DNA of 64,000 bases from Amoebidium appalachense (GCA_963693365.1 CAVNZM010000007.1:7375962-7439961), one strand, 5' to 3'. Shown: positions 1 through 21,100, counted from the first letter of the stretch. The notes: generated by a model from the sequence alone, not told the origin. Made by a program: numbers and translations.

Positions 1-6628
<6,628 letters not shown>

Positions 6629-8098
6629 TTTTAAAGAAGCTATGGTATGAATCTCACCGAAACCACTGCAACTGCAAATGAGGGACAGCGGTGCGCAAGC
6701 CGGCTAAATCCACGAAAGGGTTGTAAGATTCTCAAGCCGACCCGGCGGCGTCAAACTCGGCCCTAACTTCAATGTACATTGTAATAATTTAACAAGGATG
6801 TTTGCATAATGTTAGAGTATCAAATAGAATTTCATATGTGTCTGCATATGTAGGCATATATTGGTCTACACACATGGCAGTTACTGTATGAGCTGTAAAG
6901 GATACTCCAATTCTACGGTATGTCAGAGAAATAAATTTCGAGCCCCATATGCTTCTTCATTCTGATTGGCTTTGAATACACATACTGCATGATACAGCAT
7001 CTTAGATCTCTGCTTCCTATTGGATGAATGAAATGCACGTCGATCCCGAACCAAATTTCAGCTACTTTAGAGTGCATTCTAAACATCTCTGCTGTCTTCT
7101 CGGACTGAATATCCATTGCCAGAATCAAAGAAATAATAAATAATTTATACATGGAATATTCTAGGCACGCCAATTCTAGTTTTACGGAATAAATGAAGGC
7201 TCGAATGGTTTGCACGGGTTGGCCTCGTGCGTTCCCATGAGTCTGATTGGTTGGTGGCATAAATCGTGCGAGTTTCCTAGCCGCTACTAGGGTTATGATC
7301 ATGTCAAGGGTGCTTAGATTCCTTCTGATGTACGTTTACTTCCTTTTTATTTTATTTTTTTCACTTCTTTTTTTTTTTTGTTGTTGTTAATTAGGGTCTC
7401 TAATAACAATGTTTATCTCTTATCATGTGAGTTATTGCAATAATCACTATACTGTCAATAGTCGTGTGTCTTACGATCTGATCATGGCTGAGGAATTTTG
7501 GTAACTTCCACTCTTTGAATGGCGTAGGCTCGGCCAATAAGAAAATGCGAGTTGGCCTTTTGCCACCCCAGCGCCAACTAGGACACATGTTGTCCTAGCG
7601 CGGTGGCAATGTGGCTTTAGGTGTCTTGTTCTTTGTTTGGTTTTTTCCAAAACATGTTCAACAGCAGGAGGTACGGGCTCCATTTTCGTACATCTCCAGA
7701 ACTTTTCTACTACAAAATATGTTACGTTGACTCATTTATGCCACAATGACACACTACCATATTTTCACACTTGAAAGATTCCTTTTTATGAACCATTAGG
7801 CACACATTCTGTTGTGCGGCATGTCACCGCGCCAGACTGGATAAAAAATATCCGCCAATCAAAGCATTGTGTCGAGATCCTACTTGGCTATGTTTGACTG
7901 GCGAAAGATGCACCAAAACAGATCTGCATGCTCCCAGGGGAACCTGACAACTAGCATTAGCATACATGCGAGAACACCCATGTGCCACACGTACCCAGTA
8001 ACGACTTGTGTTTGTGACATTTTCAAGTGCATGGGATTCTAATCTATCGTCTCAAGCATATGAACAGAGGAAATTACGTGTAGGTGAGGGCTTGTAAA
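6629..8098. promoter_or_regulatory. Putative bidirectional promoter between the divergent ParB-like and transposase genes
   Basis: 1.47 kb between two oppositely oriented start codons, free of the CA and poly-C tracts typical of the introns. Contains ATTGG/CCAAT words. Confidence 0.5.
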
Positions 8099-9149
8099 AT
8101 GGGCCCAATTGTGAGAAGCGGCCCTGTCAGGCCCGTGGGGACATGTCGAAGGCAGGGAGCCCCATTACAAAAAGACACGTTAACCACAGGCCCGAACGCT
8201 AGAAAAGTTCTTGGCGAGCTACAACAAAACTTCACATCTAACTCAAGTGGTAACAATGCAAATGCAAAACGGGGCAGCATTGTTAATGATGGCTGCGCAC
8301 GTGCACGCAAACGCACACGTATTGACACATGCAACAACACAACGTTAGCAAACTGCAACAACCCGGCGAGTACCAGACAAATCAGCAGCAGTCAATTAGG
8401 TAGTGGCAGTGCGGAGGAGCTTTCTTTTTCAAGAGAAGCAATGGATGCCGAAGAGGAGAATGCAAAAAGATTAATCGAAGAGGTGGAGGCACGGCGGCAA
8501 CATGGGGTGGCCAGATCGAAGGCGGCGATGGCTGATAAATTAAAACGTAACCGTGCTGAGGCACAGCAGAGGGACCGAGTTACTACAGGGGCATTCCCGC
8601 CCACGCCCATAGGGTCTGCGCAACCTTTTCTGCCCGACACAAAAAAGAAGTTGTCAGAGGCAGCCATTGAAAGTGTCTTGGCTATGACTTGCAGGTAAAG
8701 AAAAATCACACTTCTGGCGCACATCATCTGAGCCGGCGCATGTAAATTGACACTGTTTGAGCTAGCATTCCGTACATTCAATCATTAGTGGAATACTAGA
8801 GCGGAAGCCCGTGTGTGTGCCACATTCAAGTTCTGGTGCTCGTCAGCTCTGAGCCAACCAGTGGGGGGACTTGCTTCATTTTTACATTGCAGCTGCCTGT
8901 GGAATGCATAATGGGTGAGAAAATACTGTTATAGCTAGCTGTGATAGTATGATGACCGTCACGTAAGGGGTGGTATTGTACAGTATTCATTTGTTCTCAT
9001 ATGTCCTCCCTACTGCAGGTGCAATGACAACTGCTACGAGAGATTCACGTCAGCGCAGGTGAAAAACCTGAGGACTCGGTGGCTCTGTTTGCCTCCGTCA
9101 GTTCGCAACCAGGCGCTGTTCGACTATATGACCCAGCATTTGTAAGCAG

Positions 9150-9190
<41 letters not shown>

Positions 9191-9661
9191 GAAATTATAC
9201 CCAAATATATCTCTCAAGCCATTTTAACCCAGGCGAGGTAAAGCTAAAACAAGGCTAAAACAAGCCCCCCCCCTTTTTTTATAGATATCACCCCCCCCCC
9301 CCCCCCCCCCCATCCCCCCTTTTATAGATATCAGGAGTCAATGACATCCTAATACCTTAATGTTGCCGAATACTCGTCTAACGCTTGCCCATTAAATGCT
9401 CTGCTCACGGACGTACAATATGCAGTTCTTCTATACAGACACTTCTCGGTGCCATTGTGTGCAGTCCGGTATGAAGGGTGAACTCTGCATGCTGATGTAC
9501 ATAGATTATGATACTTCCCCTCGGATACAATCTCATCTCACCCCACGTAATTGCTACCATAGGGTGAAGCTTGGCAACAACAGCACGTCCCAGAACAAGT
9601 CTGGCGTCCAAGCGGGCAAGGTCGAGATACCGTGGATTCTGGACAACACAGGGGTAACCCA

Positions 9662-9697
<36 letters not shown>

Positions 9698-9808
9698 AAA
9701 CCCACACACACACACACACACACACGTAGTATACACACGCACCGCACACACACACGCATGCACGCACGCACGCACGCACACACACACTCAAGCATGCAAA
9801 CACACGTG

Positions 9809-9841
<33 letters not shown>

Positions 9842-10572
9842 CAGTGCCACGCACACGCACACACACACACACACACACACGAACACACGAACAGGCACAC
9901 ACACACACACACACACACCTCATACGTACAAGCTCACACACATGCCCTCATGCACACATGCCCACACCCACACACCCACGCACCCACGCACCCACCCACG
10001 CACCCACGCACCCACACAATCAGCATCACACAGGCATATAACACGGCAGCAACTAATGTGGTTGCATCCAGAGTTCGGCACATACTACGCACAGAGTTCG
10101 GCAAACAGTTGTGCTTTTGTGCTGGTCCGGCCACACACACCACCCCAACCGCCAGTTTCTTATTTATTTTTTTTATTTTTATTTTAACACGTTTGGTTAA
10201 CGTCATCCACCTGCTGCCGGAAGAGTGCATAGGACACAGTCCCATTAGCTACGTTAGAACACCAACCGCCAGTGACTTATAAATTTTTAAATTTTGGATA
10301 AAACTTAAAAACTGAGATGTGCATGTGGACAGAAATTTTAAGCGTGTTTATAGGGAGAGAAGGAGAGAGCTCTAGATACACAAGAGGGTCAAAAAGGGGG
10401 ACCGGGCCTGGACCACGTGATGGCTTCGTTGATGCTCATGCCAACACATGACGGTTGCCACGCGCGTGCAAATCTGAGAGAGAGAGAGAGAGGGAGAGAG
10501 AGGGGGAGAGAGAGAGAGGGGGGGGGGGGGAGAGAGAGAGAGAGAGAGAGTGTGTGTGTGTGTGTGTTGGGT

Positions 10573-10605
<33 letters not shown>

Positions 10606-11025
10606 AGGGCTATTCGTTGGCAAGAGCCAGGAGAGACAGGGGGAAGAGTGGTGTCTATTGGTCTAATAAAGTAATGATGAATACCGGAGGGGGGGGGGGG
10701 GGGGGGGATGGGGGGATTGGGGCGGGGGGGGGGGGGGGGGGGAAAGGGGGAGGAAAGAACGGGAGGGGAGGGGGGGGGGGGGGGGGAGGCGAGGTCTGCC
10801 AGGCATAGAGAGGGAGATGCAGACAGAGGGGGAGGGGGGAGGGAGGAGGTGAATACCGGAGGGGGGGGGGGGGGATGGGGGATTGGGGCGGGGGGGGGGG
10901 GGGGGGGGGAGAGGGGGAGGAAAGAACGGGAGGGGAGGGGGGGGGGGGGGGGGGGGGGCGAGGTCTGCCAGGCATAGAGAGGGAGATGCAGACAGAGGGG
11001 GGGGGGGGGGGGGGGGAGGGAGGAG

Positions 11026-11079
<54 letters not shown>

Positions 11080-11877
11080 GATGGGGGCAGGAAGGCCGGG
11101 GGAGGAGCGGGCCCGGGTGGGGAGAGCATGGAATGATAACATGTGTGAAGGAGCAGCGAGGTCGGTGAGGAAGAAGGGGAGGGGGGGGGAGGGGAACAAG
11201 GTTAAGAAAAACAATACACCAAATGACCTCCCCCCCCCCCCCCCCCCCCCCCCCCCGCCCACCGCCCCCTCCCCCCTCCCCATCCCATTCATTTCATCCC
11301 AGATCTGCCAAGAAGCATTCATCAACATCATGGGAATGTGCCGAAACACGTTCATGGCCAGAAAGAATGAATTCCTACAAGGAGCTCGGTTTTACGTACA
11401 TGGCAACACCGGTGAAGGCAACATCTCTTTGGCGGTGGAGAGATTTATTGCCTGGTTTTCCGAATTCATCGACCTCATCGGTCAGTTGATGCCCGACACG
11501 TCTACGATACGCTTGCCGCCCGCTTACACCAAGGAAGAGATCTGGATGGAGTACGTCAGGGTGTGTATTTCATATATACCCCCCCCCCCCCCCCCCCCCC
11601 CCCAAACCACATCTCAATGCATACACCTACACGCACGTACATACGCACACACGCAACTACGTACACGGAATTACACACACATGCACACATGCACACATGC
11701 ACACCGTTCTACACACACATACACACATACACGAACACGTATTATAAACATGCACGCTAACACATGCACAAGCATACACTGCTGGGCACAGCCACCCACC
11801 CACCCACCCGCTCACCTGCTAAACCTCATTCCCACACACAAACACACCCATAAACTGTCAGAGAGAGAGAGACACCG

Positions 11878-11910
<33 letters not shown>

Positions 11911-11954
11911 CCCACACAGGCGCATGCAGCATCATATTGCTTCACATTACCTTA

Positions 11955-12000
<46 letters not shown>

Positions 12001-12610
12001 TTCTCGAACACAAAATCAATAGAACACAAACACACACACCCACACCCACCCACCCACCACCCCACCCACCCGCAGCCACACCCCTACACTCACACCCACA
12101 CCCAAACCCACACCCACATACGTATATAATTTGCTCTCCCCCCTCCCCCCCCCCCTCCCCCCCCTCCCCCCCCACAAGCACTCCTGCATATATGGTACAA
12201 TGCAACCAAGGAAGCCCACGAACACACAAGCACAGGAAAACATGGCTGGGCATTCAGACACACCCACCCGCAAACCCACCCACCCATCCACCAATCTACC
12301 CAAACAACCAAATTCCCGCGGGTCCACACACTCACTCGTAAATCCACCTATTCACGAAACTTGCTTTATCTCACTCAGTGTCACCTGTTTAACCTCATTA
12401 CCCAGATACAAACACACCCAGGCACACACAGAGAGATACCAACCCACACAATGCCGTCCACCCACCCACACAGGCACATCCATCACAATGTCATATTGAC
12501 CCACACTGCCTTACCCATGCCTTCACCATCGAAGCACACGTGGCATGCAATGGTGCACGTGAAACCCCACTCCCCCCCCCCCCCCCCCCATCCCCCCCCC
12601 CTCCTTCCCC

Positions 12611-12644
<34 letters not shown>

Positions 12645-13445
12645 CCGAACAACACACAAGCACTATGGCATCCTTATCAACATGCATACATACATAAACA
12701 ACCTTTTGAAACACAAGCGTGTGACATGCATTTTATCGTACATTATTAACTTTTACAACCAGCACACTGCAACTCAGGAGGTTATGCACACACACATACA
12801 CACATACCCACACACACACACAAACTTCAAACGACACACACATGCAATCACACACCACACAGCACATTACACATGTCCCTATTACCATCGAAGCAACACC
12901 CAAACACCCAAACAAACAAAGGGACATCCATTACGAAACACAAACACACACACACACAGGCACACAAGCACATACACACGTACACACGCACAGTGTCAGG
13001 CACACACACATGCAAGGGCACCCACACACATACACACACGAAAACATCCATCCAAAACTCCACATTCGAAACACAACCTCTATTCTACCCATACAGATAT
13101 TGTTACATAAATACTGACCTACGTCCGCTTGGAAAACACAGGATATCACAGCCGAGGACACAGCCAACCAAGAAGAATTCGAGGCACGGTGGGCACAGCT
13201 CCATCCCGATTTCGACGAACAGGAACATGTACTTGGCCCCGACCAGGCACGTCTCTCTCCCCCCCCTCTGTGTGGCTGTGTACATGTGTGTGTACGCGTG
13301 TGCTTGTGTGTGTGTATGTGTTTTTTTTTTTTTTTTGGGGGGGGGGGGGGGGGGGGAGGGGGGGGATGTGGAGGAAGACAACAGGGTGGGCAGTTTAAGC
13401 ATGTGTGTGAGAATGTGTGCGTGTATGGGTACGTGTGTGCATGCT

Positions 13446-13524
<79 letters not shown>

Positions 13525-13758
13525 TGGAGAACTTGGGAGGGGGGGAGGGGGGGGGGGGCAAGCACTGCAATGTTGAGTACATTGGGGCAAACAGAGTGTA
13601 TACCGAGGGAGAGGGGGGCAGGGGGGGATAATGGGCCAAACCTGTCCATCTTCCGTATTTGGGATAGTATACGTCGTAATGTAGCCTGACATCCTGACAT
13701 CATGTGAGGTATGCAGCATAACATGCACCTCCATGCAACCCTACTTCTTAAGCGCCTA

Positions 13759-13837
<79 letters not shown>

Positions 13838-13913
13838 CGTGTGTGTTACAGTATGTGTACGTCAGAATGTGTAGGCGAATTGGTATGTGAGCATACGTGC
13901 ATGAAATCGTGTA

Positions 13914-13976
<63 letters not shown>

Positions 13977-14340
13977 GGGAAGGCAGAACAACAAGAACAA
14001 CAACAACAAAAAAAAACACCCCGCCTACACCTTACTGACAGAGAGAAAAAAACCCACACTAATCGATCTTCACACCTTCCAGACTGCCTCAGGCCACAAG
14101 CGCAAACGGCAAGCACGGGTAACAGACAAGGGCTACCTTGATCAAGAGGGGTTTCACGCAGCCTGGAGAACCCATTTCAAGGGTGTAAGTTTAAGCACCG
14201 AGACCACCAACTTCGTCAAATGTGAGTACTGCTGCATTCTCAAGGCCCGCCTCAAGCTGGCCACCACCAATGCTGCAAGGATCCACATCCGTGAACTGCG
14301 GGAGGCACACATCAATCTCCAAAGGCTGGTGGCCCCCCTC

Positions 14341-14377
<37 letters not shown>

Positions 14378-14557
14378 ACCCACCCACCAAACGCCATCAC
14401 CACCACCACCATCATTACGTGCACGGCACACACATACACAAAACCTTTACAACATCACACCTGACAACATCTTCCAAAGTAAACACCCACGCACGCACAT
14501 TCACACACACACACACACACACACAAACAAGCATGCACACCTGCACACTCCCGCGTA

Positions 14558-14651
<94 letters not shown>

Positions 14652-14784
14652 CCACAACCACACAGTCCGCCTCCCCCTCCCCCCCTCCCCCCATCCCCCC
14701 CTCACACACACACACACAGTCACATGTTCTCGTGGAGGAGGGCAAAGAAAGGGGGGGAGGGGGGGGGGGGGCAGCGGTGTTGTG

Positions 14785-14871
<87 letters not shown>

Positions 14872-15061
14872 GTGCGTGTGCGTGTGTGTGTGGTTGCGTG
14901 CGCGCATGCACGTGTGCGCAAGCACTTGGACTTCCCTCCCCCCCCCCCAAACACCATCACCACCACCACCATCATTACATGCACGGCACACGCATACACA
15001 CAACCTCTAAAACAACACACCTGACAACCTGTTCCAAAATAAACACCCACGCACGCACATT

Positions 15062-15115
<54 letters not shown>

Positions 15116-15179
15116 TGCACACCCGCACACCCGCACGTACCACACATGCACACACACAACCACAACCACACAGTCTTCC

Positions 15180-15216
<37 letters not shown>

Positions 15217-15297
15217 TTGAACAAAACACACACACATAGTCATGTTTTCGTGGAGGAGGGAAAAAAAAAGGGGGGGAGCTTGGGTAGTGGCGTTGTG

Positions 15298-15366
<69 letters not shown>

Positions 15367-17577
15367 ACGTGTGTGCGCAAGCACTTGCAAGTGACTGTGT
15401 GTACGTGTGTGCCTGCGCGTAGGGTATTTGGGTTGGTATTTGGGTTTGTATCTGGCGACATCACATGTATTTCAAATCACCGCATCGCGCACATCTCTTT
15501 GGTAGCAACTTCCTGCAATCAAAGTATGTCACTATATACATACACATATTCGCAACTAGAGTGCATGAAACCGCACAGCTTTGTCGTACACACACATATT
15601 CGCAATTATTAGAGTGCATGAAACCGCACAGTTGTGTCGTACAGCCATTGAAGATAAACGAGTGACGTCATCCTAGTACCAACTAGGATGACGTCATCCT
15701 AGTTGTAACTAGGATATATTGTCCTAGTTGTAACTAGGATCCAGAGTCCTAGTTGTGATTAGGATCGGGTCTCCTGGTTGACACTAGGATTATGATCCTC
15801 CTAACCATATATATAGTGATTGACCATGAGATGTCACAGAAAGGAGAGAGAGAGCTATTACCAGCATCGGTCAGCTGCAATTCGGGAGCCACACAAGTAC
15901 ATGAGTGTCATCGTTGACTCAATGGACCAAGCAAAATCCGAAATCCCGAACGTACATTGGAACTCCAAAGCCGCGAGCTCGATTCCCAAGAAGGCCGTTC
16001 GGATAACCAGTGTCCTCGTTCATGGCCGCACCCTCTACACAATCGTGGATGAGCACGGTCGCAAGGGTGCCAATGTCCAAATCGCGGCACTCACGTTGGC
16101 AATCGAGCGTGAATTGGAGATACGGGGCTCGTTGCCAGAGACGTTGTACGTGCAAATGGATAACGCCTCCGAGAATCATTGCAACGCAATGATGCAATTT
16201 TTTGAATTACTCGTTTCTAGGGGTGTGTTCACCACTGTGGAGTGTTCGTTCCTTCTTCCGGGACATACGCACGAGGATATCGATGGCCGCTTTCGGGGAT
16301 TCAACCATTACCTGACTGAGCAACCGCCGCGGACTGTTCCCGATTTGATGGAGACTTTGAAAAAGCGACCAAGATCGAAAGATTTAGCGCCGTATATTCG
16401 CCAAAGAGGGAGAGTGGTGGAGCCTCCTGAGGTGCACAATGTACAAGCCATTCCAGAGTTCACAGAGTGGTTAGCCCCTTGCGCCGATCCCCTGTCGTAC
16501 TTCGCAAAATGGCGATGCTTCCGATGGATCAAACTGGACACTGGCGTAAAATTTGAGGTTCGGCGACTTGCCAGCCAAGGCGAGTGGATAGAATGTAGAG
16601 GTTCGCGTAAGGCTCTTCTTCACACGCTCCCCAACCAGCCTGCATCGATGTCAATCAAGGTGAACCAAGGGTCGTCTATTCAGCCTTTTCCGATTTGGCT
16701 ACGCGAACAATGGGGCACACTTGGAAGTATGCTTGAGCGATTGGCTAAGGACAATGTATTTTTGGACCCTGATGGAGAGCACCTGGAGTGGTGGAAGGAG
16801 CAAGCGCAGAGTGCCGGATATGATACAGTGACAGGCGAGTTCACGCAACCTGCGCCGGCATTCGAAAATGTCATTACGTTTCCCTTTCGGCTGGTTAGCG
16901 ATTTGACATCCAATCGATCATACCCGCGACCGCCCCCTCCAGGTCTTCCGGCCATCCCGGACGAACTTGAAGATCCGAACAACAGAGATGGAGATGACTG
17001 CGACATACCGTGCATTGGGGCTGACGGTAGGAGGGAAAGGCGCCAAATCGTAAAATTTACAAACCCGGGTGCTCCCAATGAAAATGATTTTGTGTTGGTG
17101 CACACTTGGGACGACGCACAGAATACTCCCGGATCAGACTACTTGGGGGAATTTTGTGTGGCGAAAGTAATTCATATTGAAAATCCAGAGGCCCTACCGG
17201 CTGATAGAACTTTTTGGGTGCATTGGTGGTGTCCTGATGGTGTGGCTAGTGATCTGAGATATGACGCAAAACTGCAACCTATGTTTATTCACAAGGAAGA
17301 TCCTGCAAGGCAGACTTCCACTACCTTTCCAGTTTTGACTTGCACAGATAAAAGTTTTCAGGGGTTCTATAGGCCGAATGTACAGAAGGAGCAGTTAAAG
17401 GAATATGTTCAATGGATAGACCCTGTGAAATTCGAGAATATGTGTGGGACGATTTCTACCGGAAGTAGTTTTCTTGGAAAATCGGGTAAGGGTAACAGGT
17501 TCAATGTTGTAAAATCTCAATTAATGGCATTGCTCGAATTAAGCAAATCGGAGGTCAAGCGGGGTTTGGAAAAATAA
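8099..17577 (+). CDS. DDE transposase, Sola1/DUF7869-like. Exons 8099-8694, 9019-9141, 9563-9653, 11303-11560, 13142-13246, 14083-14324, 15840-17577 (~1050 aa)
   Basis: Phase-compatible splicing yields [18 protein letters not shown]...HGNTG...MP...LP...TK, FVKCEYC and HINLQ..ERESY, then the core [19 protein letters not shown] and [16 protein letters not shown] (acidic triad candidates). No internal stops. The exon 6/7 junction has two equal-length alternatives. Confidence 0.85.
14380..15390. repeat. Imperfect ~560-bp tandem duplication inside transposase intron 6
   Basis: The blocks ccatcaccaccaccaccatcattac..gcacggcacac, acctgacaac..ttccaaa..aaacacccacgc and catgtt.tcgtggaggaggg recur about 520-560 bp apart. 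Confidence 0.8.
15542..15643. repeat. Two ~50-bp direct repeats just upstream of the palindrome array
   Basis: acacatattcgcaa..tagagtgcatgaaaccgcacag..tgtcgtaca at 15542 and 15592. Confidence 0.9.
15671..15789. repeat. Array of five 18-bp palindromes TCCTAGT-N4-ACTAGGA with variable 7-8 nt spacers
   Basis: Units start at 15671, 15697, 15722, 15747 and 15772. Spacers are tgacgtca, tatattg, tccagag and tcgggtc. Units 4 and 5 each have one arm mismatch. Confidence 0.95.
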
Positions 17578-17794
17578 TAGTACTGAACAAAAGTAAGAAT
17601 CTTATCCATGTTTTAGCAAACACTTCTAAATTTTCGTAAAGTCTGATTGGTGTGAATGACGCATGGCTGTGCCAACCCATAATATTATAGCCTCAGGCAT
17701 TGCCGGCAACTTATTTTTGACCCAAAATTGCAAAAATAAAACGGCAGAAATCGCTGCACGTGTCCATTATCTCAAAAGTCCTAAGTACCCTCCT

Positions 17795-18115
17795 AAGACC
17801 TCACTGTTTAACCACACATCTTGAAACTAGTTATATTAAGATCCAGAAGCTCCGGTGTATTTTAAAGTTTATTTTGTTTTATTCTATTTATTTATTTCAA
17901 TACTATTGTTTTTTTGTTTGGGGCAGGGGTGGGGTGGTGGGGGGGGGGGGGGGGGGGGGGGTTAAAGGTAAAGGGCTCTCAGATCATGAGGGATGATCAC
18001 TCGAGGGGGGAAACCCACTTAGGTTGTGAGAGAGGAGCCCTCGTGAAGCAATGAAGCAATGAAAAGCCCAAAAGAAGCATGCCCGAGGGGTGGGGAAAGG
18101 GCGGGGAGGGGGGGG

Positions 18116-18159
<44 letters not shown>

Positions 18160-21100
18160 GGACAAGAGATAGCTGTTCAAACATATTTACAAGACAAGGT
18201 GGGAGTGACCTCGACTGGGAAGGGTTTTTATGTGTGTGTGTGTGCGTGCGTGTGTGTGTTTTTAAGAAGGAGGAGGAGGGGGGGGGGGGGGGGGAGGAGG
18301 AGGGGGGAGGGGGGATGTATGCTTTAGATGGGGAGTAGGAATCATTAAAAGGCTAAACACAAAACGTCATGGCATGGGGATCGGATCGAAACGTATAAGA
18401 GAACTGTTGTGTGGGTTGCGAAGAAGTTGTTCCAAATTCATCCTCTGAATTAGCTACATGACGCAAGTCAACCCGTTTTGGCCGAAACGAGCAGGGTTTT
18501 TGTTGTTGGTTCAGGGGTGGGTGGGTGGGTGGGTGGGTGGGTTGGGGGGGGGGGGGGGGGGGGGGGGGAGGGGGGGGGGGGGGATCCCGCGAGTTGTTTA
18601 TGCCGAAAGGGTAATTTTGGTTGGACAGGTAAAGAGACCTCAAACACGTCGAAGGGTTGTTGTTGGTATCCCCATAGCTTTGAACACAACAGCTGCCAGC
18701 TCTGAGAGTTCCCACAGTGGAATTTACCGGTCTTCTTTATTTGCTTTCACTTCACATGTACACCGTTCGACAACGGTATGATTCTTCGTTCTTCTTGTGA
18801 GGTGTGTGTGAAACATGAGACAATGTATATGCATTTGTGAAACCTCAAACAAAATACGCAGAGTGCTATCCACCCATAGACAAAGCTTGGCGCATCAAAG
18901 GCCGGGTCTACACATAACTAAAGTCTGTCGAAACAACACGACCGTTTGCGTCAAACAGAGGCAGGCACCCAACTTCGGATGCTATTTGCATTGGTAACCA
19001 AACTGTCGTGTGTATTACGCTGTCAATCCCATCTGCAGGTATTTCGCTTAAGTGCGTCCTTTTCTCTCGTAGTACAACAGTAGCAAACATGAAATGCAAC
19101 ATGATATCATAGGCTACCAAGCTAGGCAGAACCTAGGCTACCACCGACACGCTCGATCGTCAGTGGGCCACGTGCAGGTGAGAAAACACCGCCTGTAGCT
19201 GCTTTGTAAACTAATTATTAGTTAACCTCATAGTTGCCCTGTACATGTCTGCTTCCAAAGACTTCTCTTATCATGAACACTCAGAAACACTCGAACATCA
19301 TCCGTCGATTTTTCAATATTCGGTCGAACATATACTTCCACCTAAGGGATCAGAAGACTAGTGCTAAGGCCGTTCTCTGAATGATTTGCTCCCATTCTAT
19401 GTATTGATGTATTTGTGCTAAACAGACGTATCTATTTGACACGGACGTCGTCATTGCGCGCACGACTGCGTGCCGGGCCTGCGGTGTACACGCGTAAGAA
19501 CCAAAGAAACACGTGGGGAAAGTGGAAACATTTCAGTCAAGAAAGCTGCCCCCATTCCACGGTTGCATTCCAATTGCAACCGCTGATAAAATGAACGAAT
19601 GGTAGAAGCTCTCTGGTTTTACCCCCGTCGTTGGTATGTTTCCCTAGAAAAAAACAGTGGATATATGTGAACTTCATGTTGCCGGGCAAGTCTTGTGTTT
19701 TCATTTTAACCATTCACATGCACAATATATATCTGAACTATACAAGTAATTTTTTTTCCGCGTATCTTTATGGCTGAATTAATTCTTTGAATGAAATGTC
19801 CTTCAGCTTTCGGCTGCCTTCCCTTAACTGCTGTTACAACTGCCTGCGGCACACGCACGCATGTGCACGGGCACTTCGGGAGTATATGATGAGAATGAGA
19901 TATACCTGGGATATGACCATATGGATCAGTTGGATGAAGTTTTTTTCTTGTGCCGTCACTCTTTACTCGCCCCAGCAAGGGGATAGATTACTTGCTGTGT
20001 CGTGTGTAGATGCCTAGGCTGCATACACAAACACATGTGCTCTCCAAGGAGACACATTTTAGATGGCAGGCCATCACCACAGTCACTCAAGGGAGGGTGG
20101 GCGGGAAAAACAAAATACTTAACTAGAGAAAACAACCGTTTACGGGCCTCAGGAGGCCCTGCCAACTTGCTAGACTAAGGACACATTCTGCTCAGGAGCA
20201 GTGCCAGCGACTGAGAGGCCTACGAATCTGCGGGCTAGCGGTTTATATACACGCAGGATATGGCTCACAACATCCGATTGGCTACAGGGGAATGTAAAGA
20301 CCAAATATGGCTAAACTTAAACAGGACCAATCATTGCACTTACATTTACGTACAGAGAAGTGATTGGCTAAGCCATACCTAGAGACTAACCAATCGGAAT
20401 GCAAAGTAGCTGGCAGTTCGAATTCCACATGTCACTTCGTCGTCGTGGCTGCGGCCGTTCCTCAAAGAAAACCCGTTTAAAAACGAACCATTCTTGTGCC
20501 GTCACTCTTTACTCGCCCCAGCAAGGGGATAGATTACTTGCTGTGTCGTGTGTAGATGCCTAGGCTGCATACACAAACACATGTGCTCTCCACACCTCCC
20601 ATGCTGGCGCAATGCAAAGGGCGCCGTAACAAAAATGTTTGCAAATAAACAGGCAGAGCGGACAACTGGTTGGAACGCTCGCATGCTGAGTGTTAACCCG
20701 CGCGTACAGAACCAAACAGCCGCCCAGGGACTGAAGAGTCGAGGGCGAGGACGGCTAAGGAGACGTCCCAAAACGAAAATAGGTTGCCAAAAGGCAGGCC
20801 AGGGCCGAAACGTGTGGGGGGGCAGAGCGTCAGAGTGGCGGAACAAGGGTGTGAAGCCAACATGGCCATCGCCAGAAGTCAGTTTAAGCCAGCAAGGGGC
20901 CAGGCGGACAGCTGTGTCGAGGGGCAGTGCTGCACGTGAAGAGTCGCGACGCCATGGCAGCATAAACGGTGTAAAACAAAATACTTAACTAGAGAAAACA
21001 ACCGTTTACGGGCCTCAGGAGGCCCTGCCAACTTGCTAGACTAAGGACACATTCTGCTCAGGAGCAGTGCCAGCGACTGAGAGGCCTACGAATCTGCGGG

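Noticed and set aside
15671-15789. Palindrome array as a CRISPR array
   Set aside because: Spacers are only 7-8 nt, repeats 18 nt, there are no cas genes, and the context is a eukaryotic intron.
15820-17577. 585-aa ORF as a complete stand-alone gene
   Set aside because: It starts at a non-ATG codon near a splice acceptor, and the N-terminal transposase motifs lie in six upstream exons.
20502-20988. 153-aa and 146-aa ORFs inside the split-repeat element as tyrosine recombinase
   Set aside because: No R-H-R-Y catalytic motifs recognisable. At most a faint, unprovable remnant.
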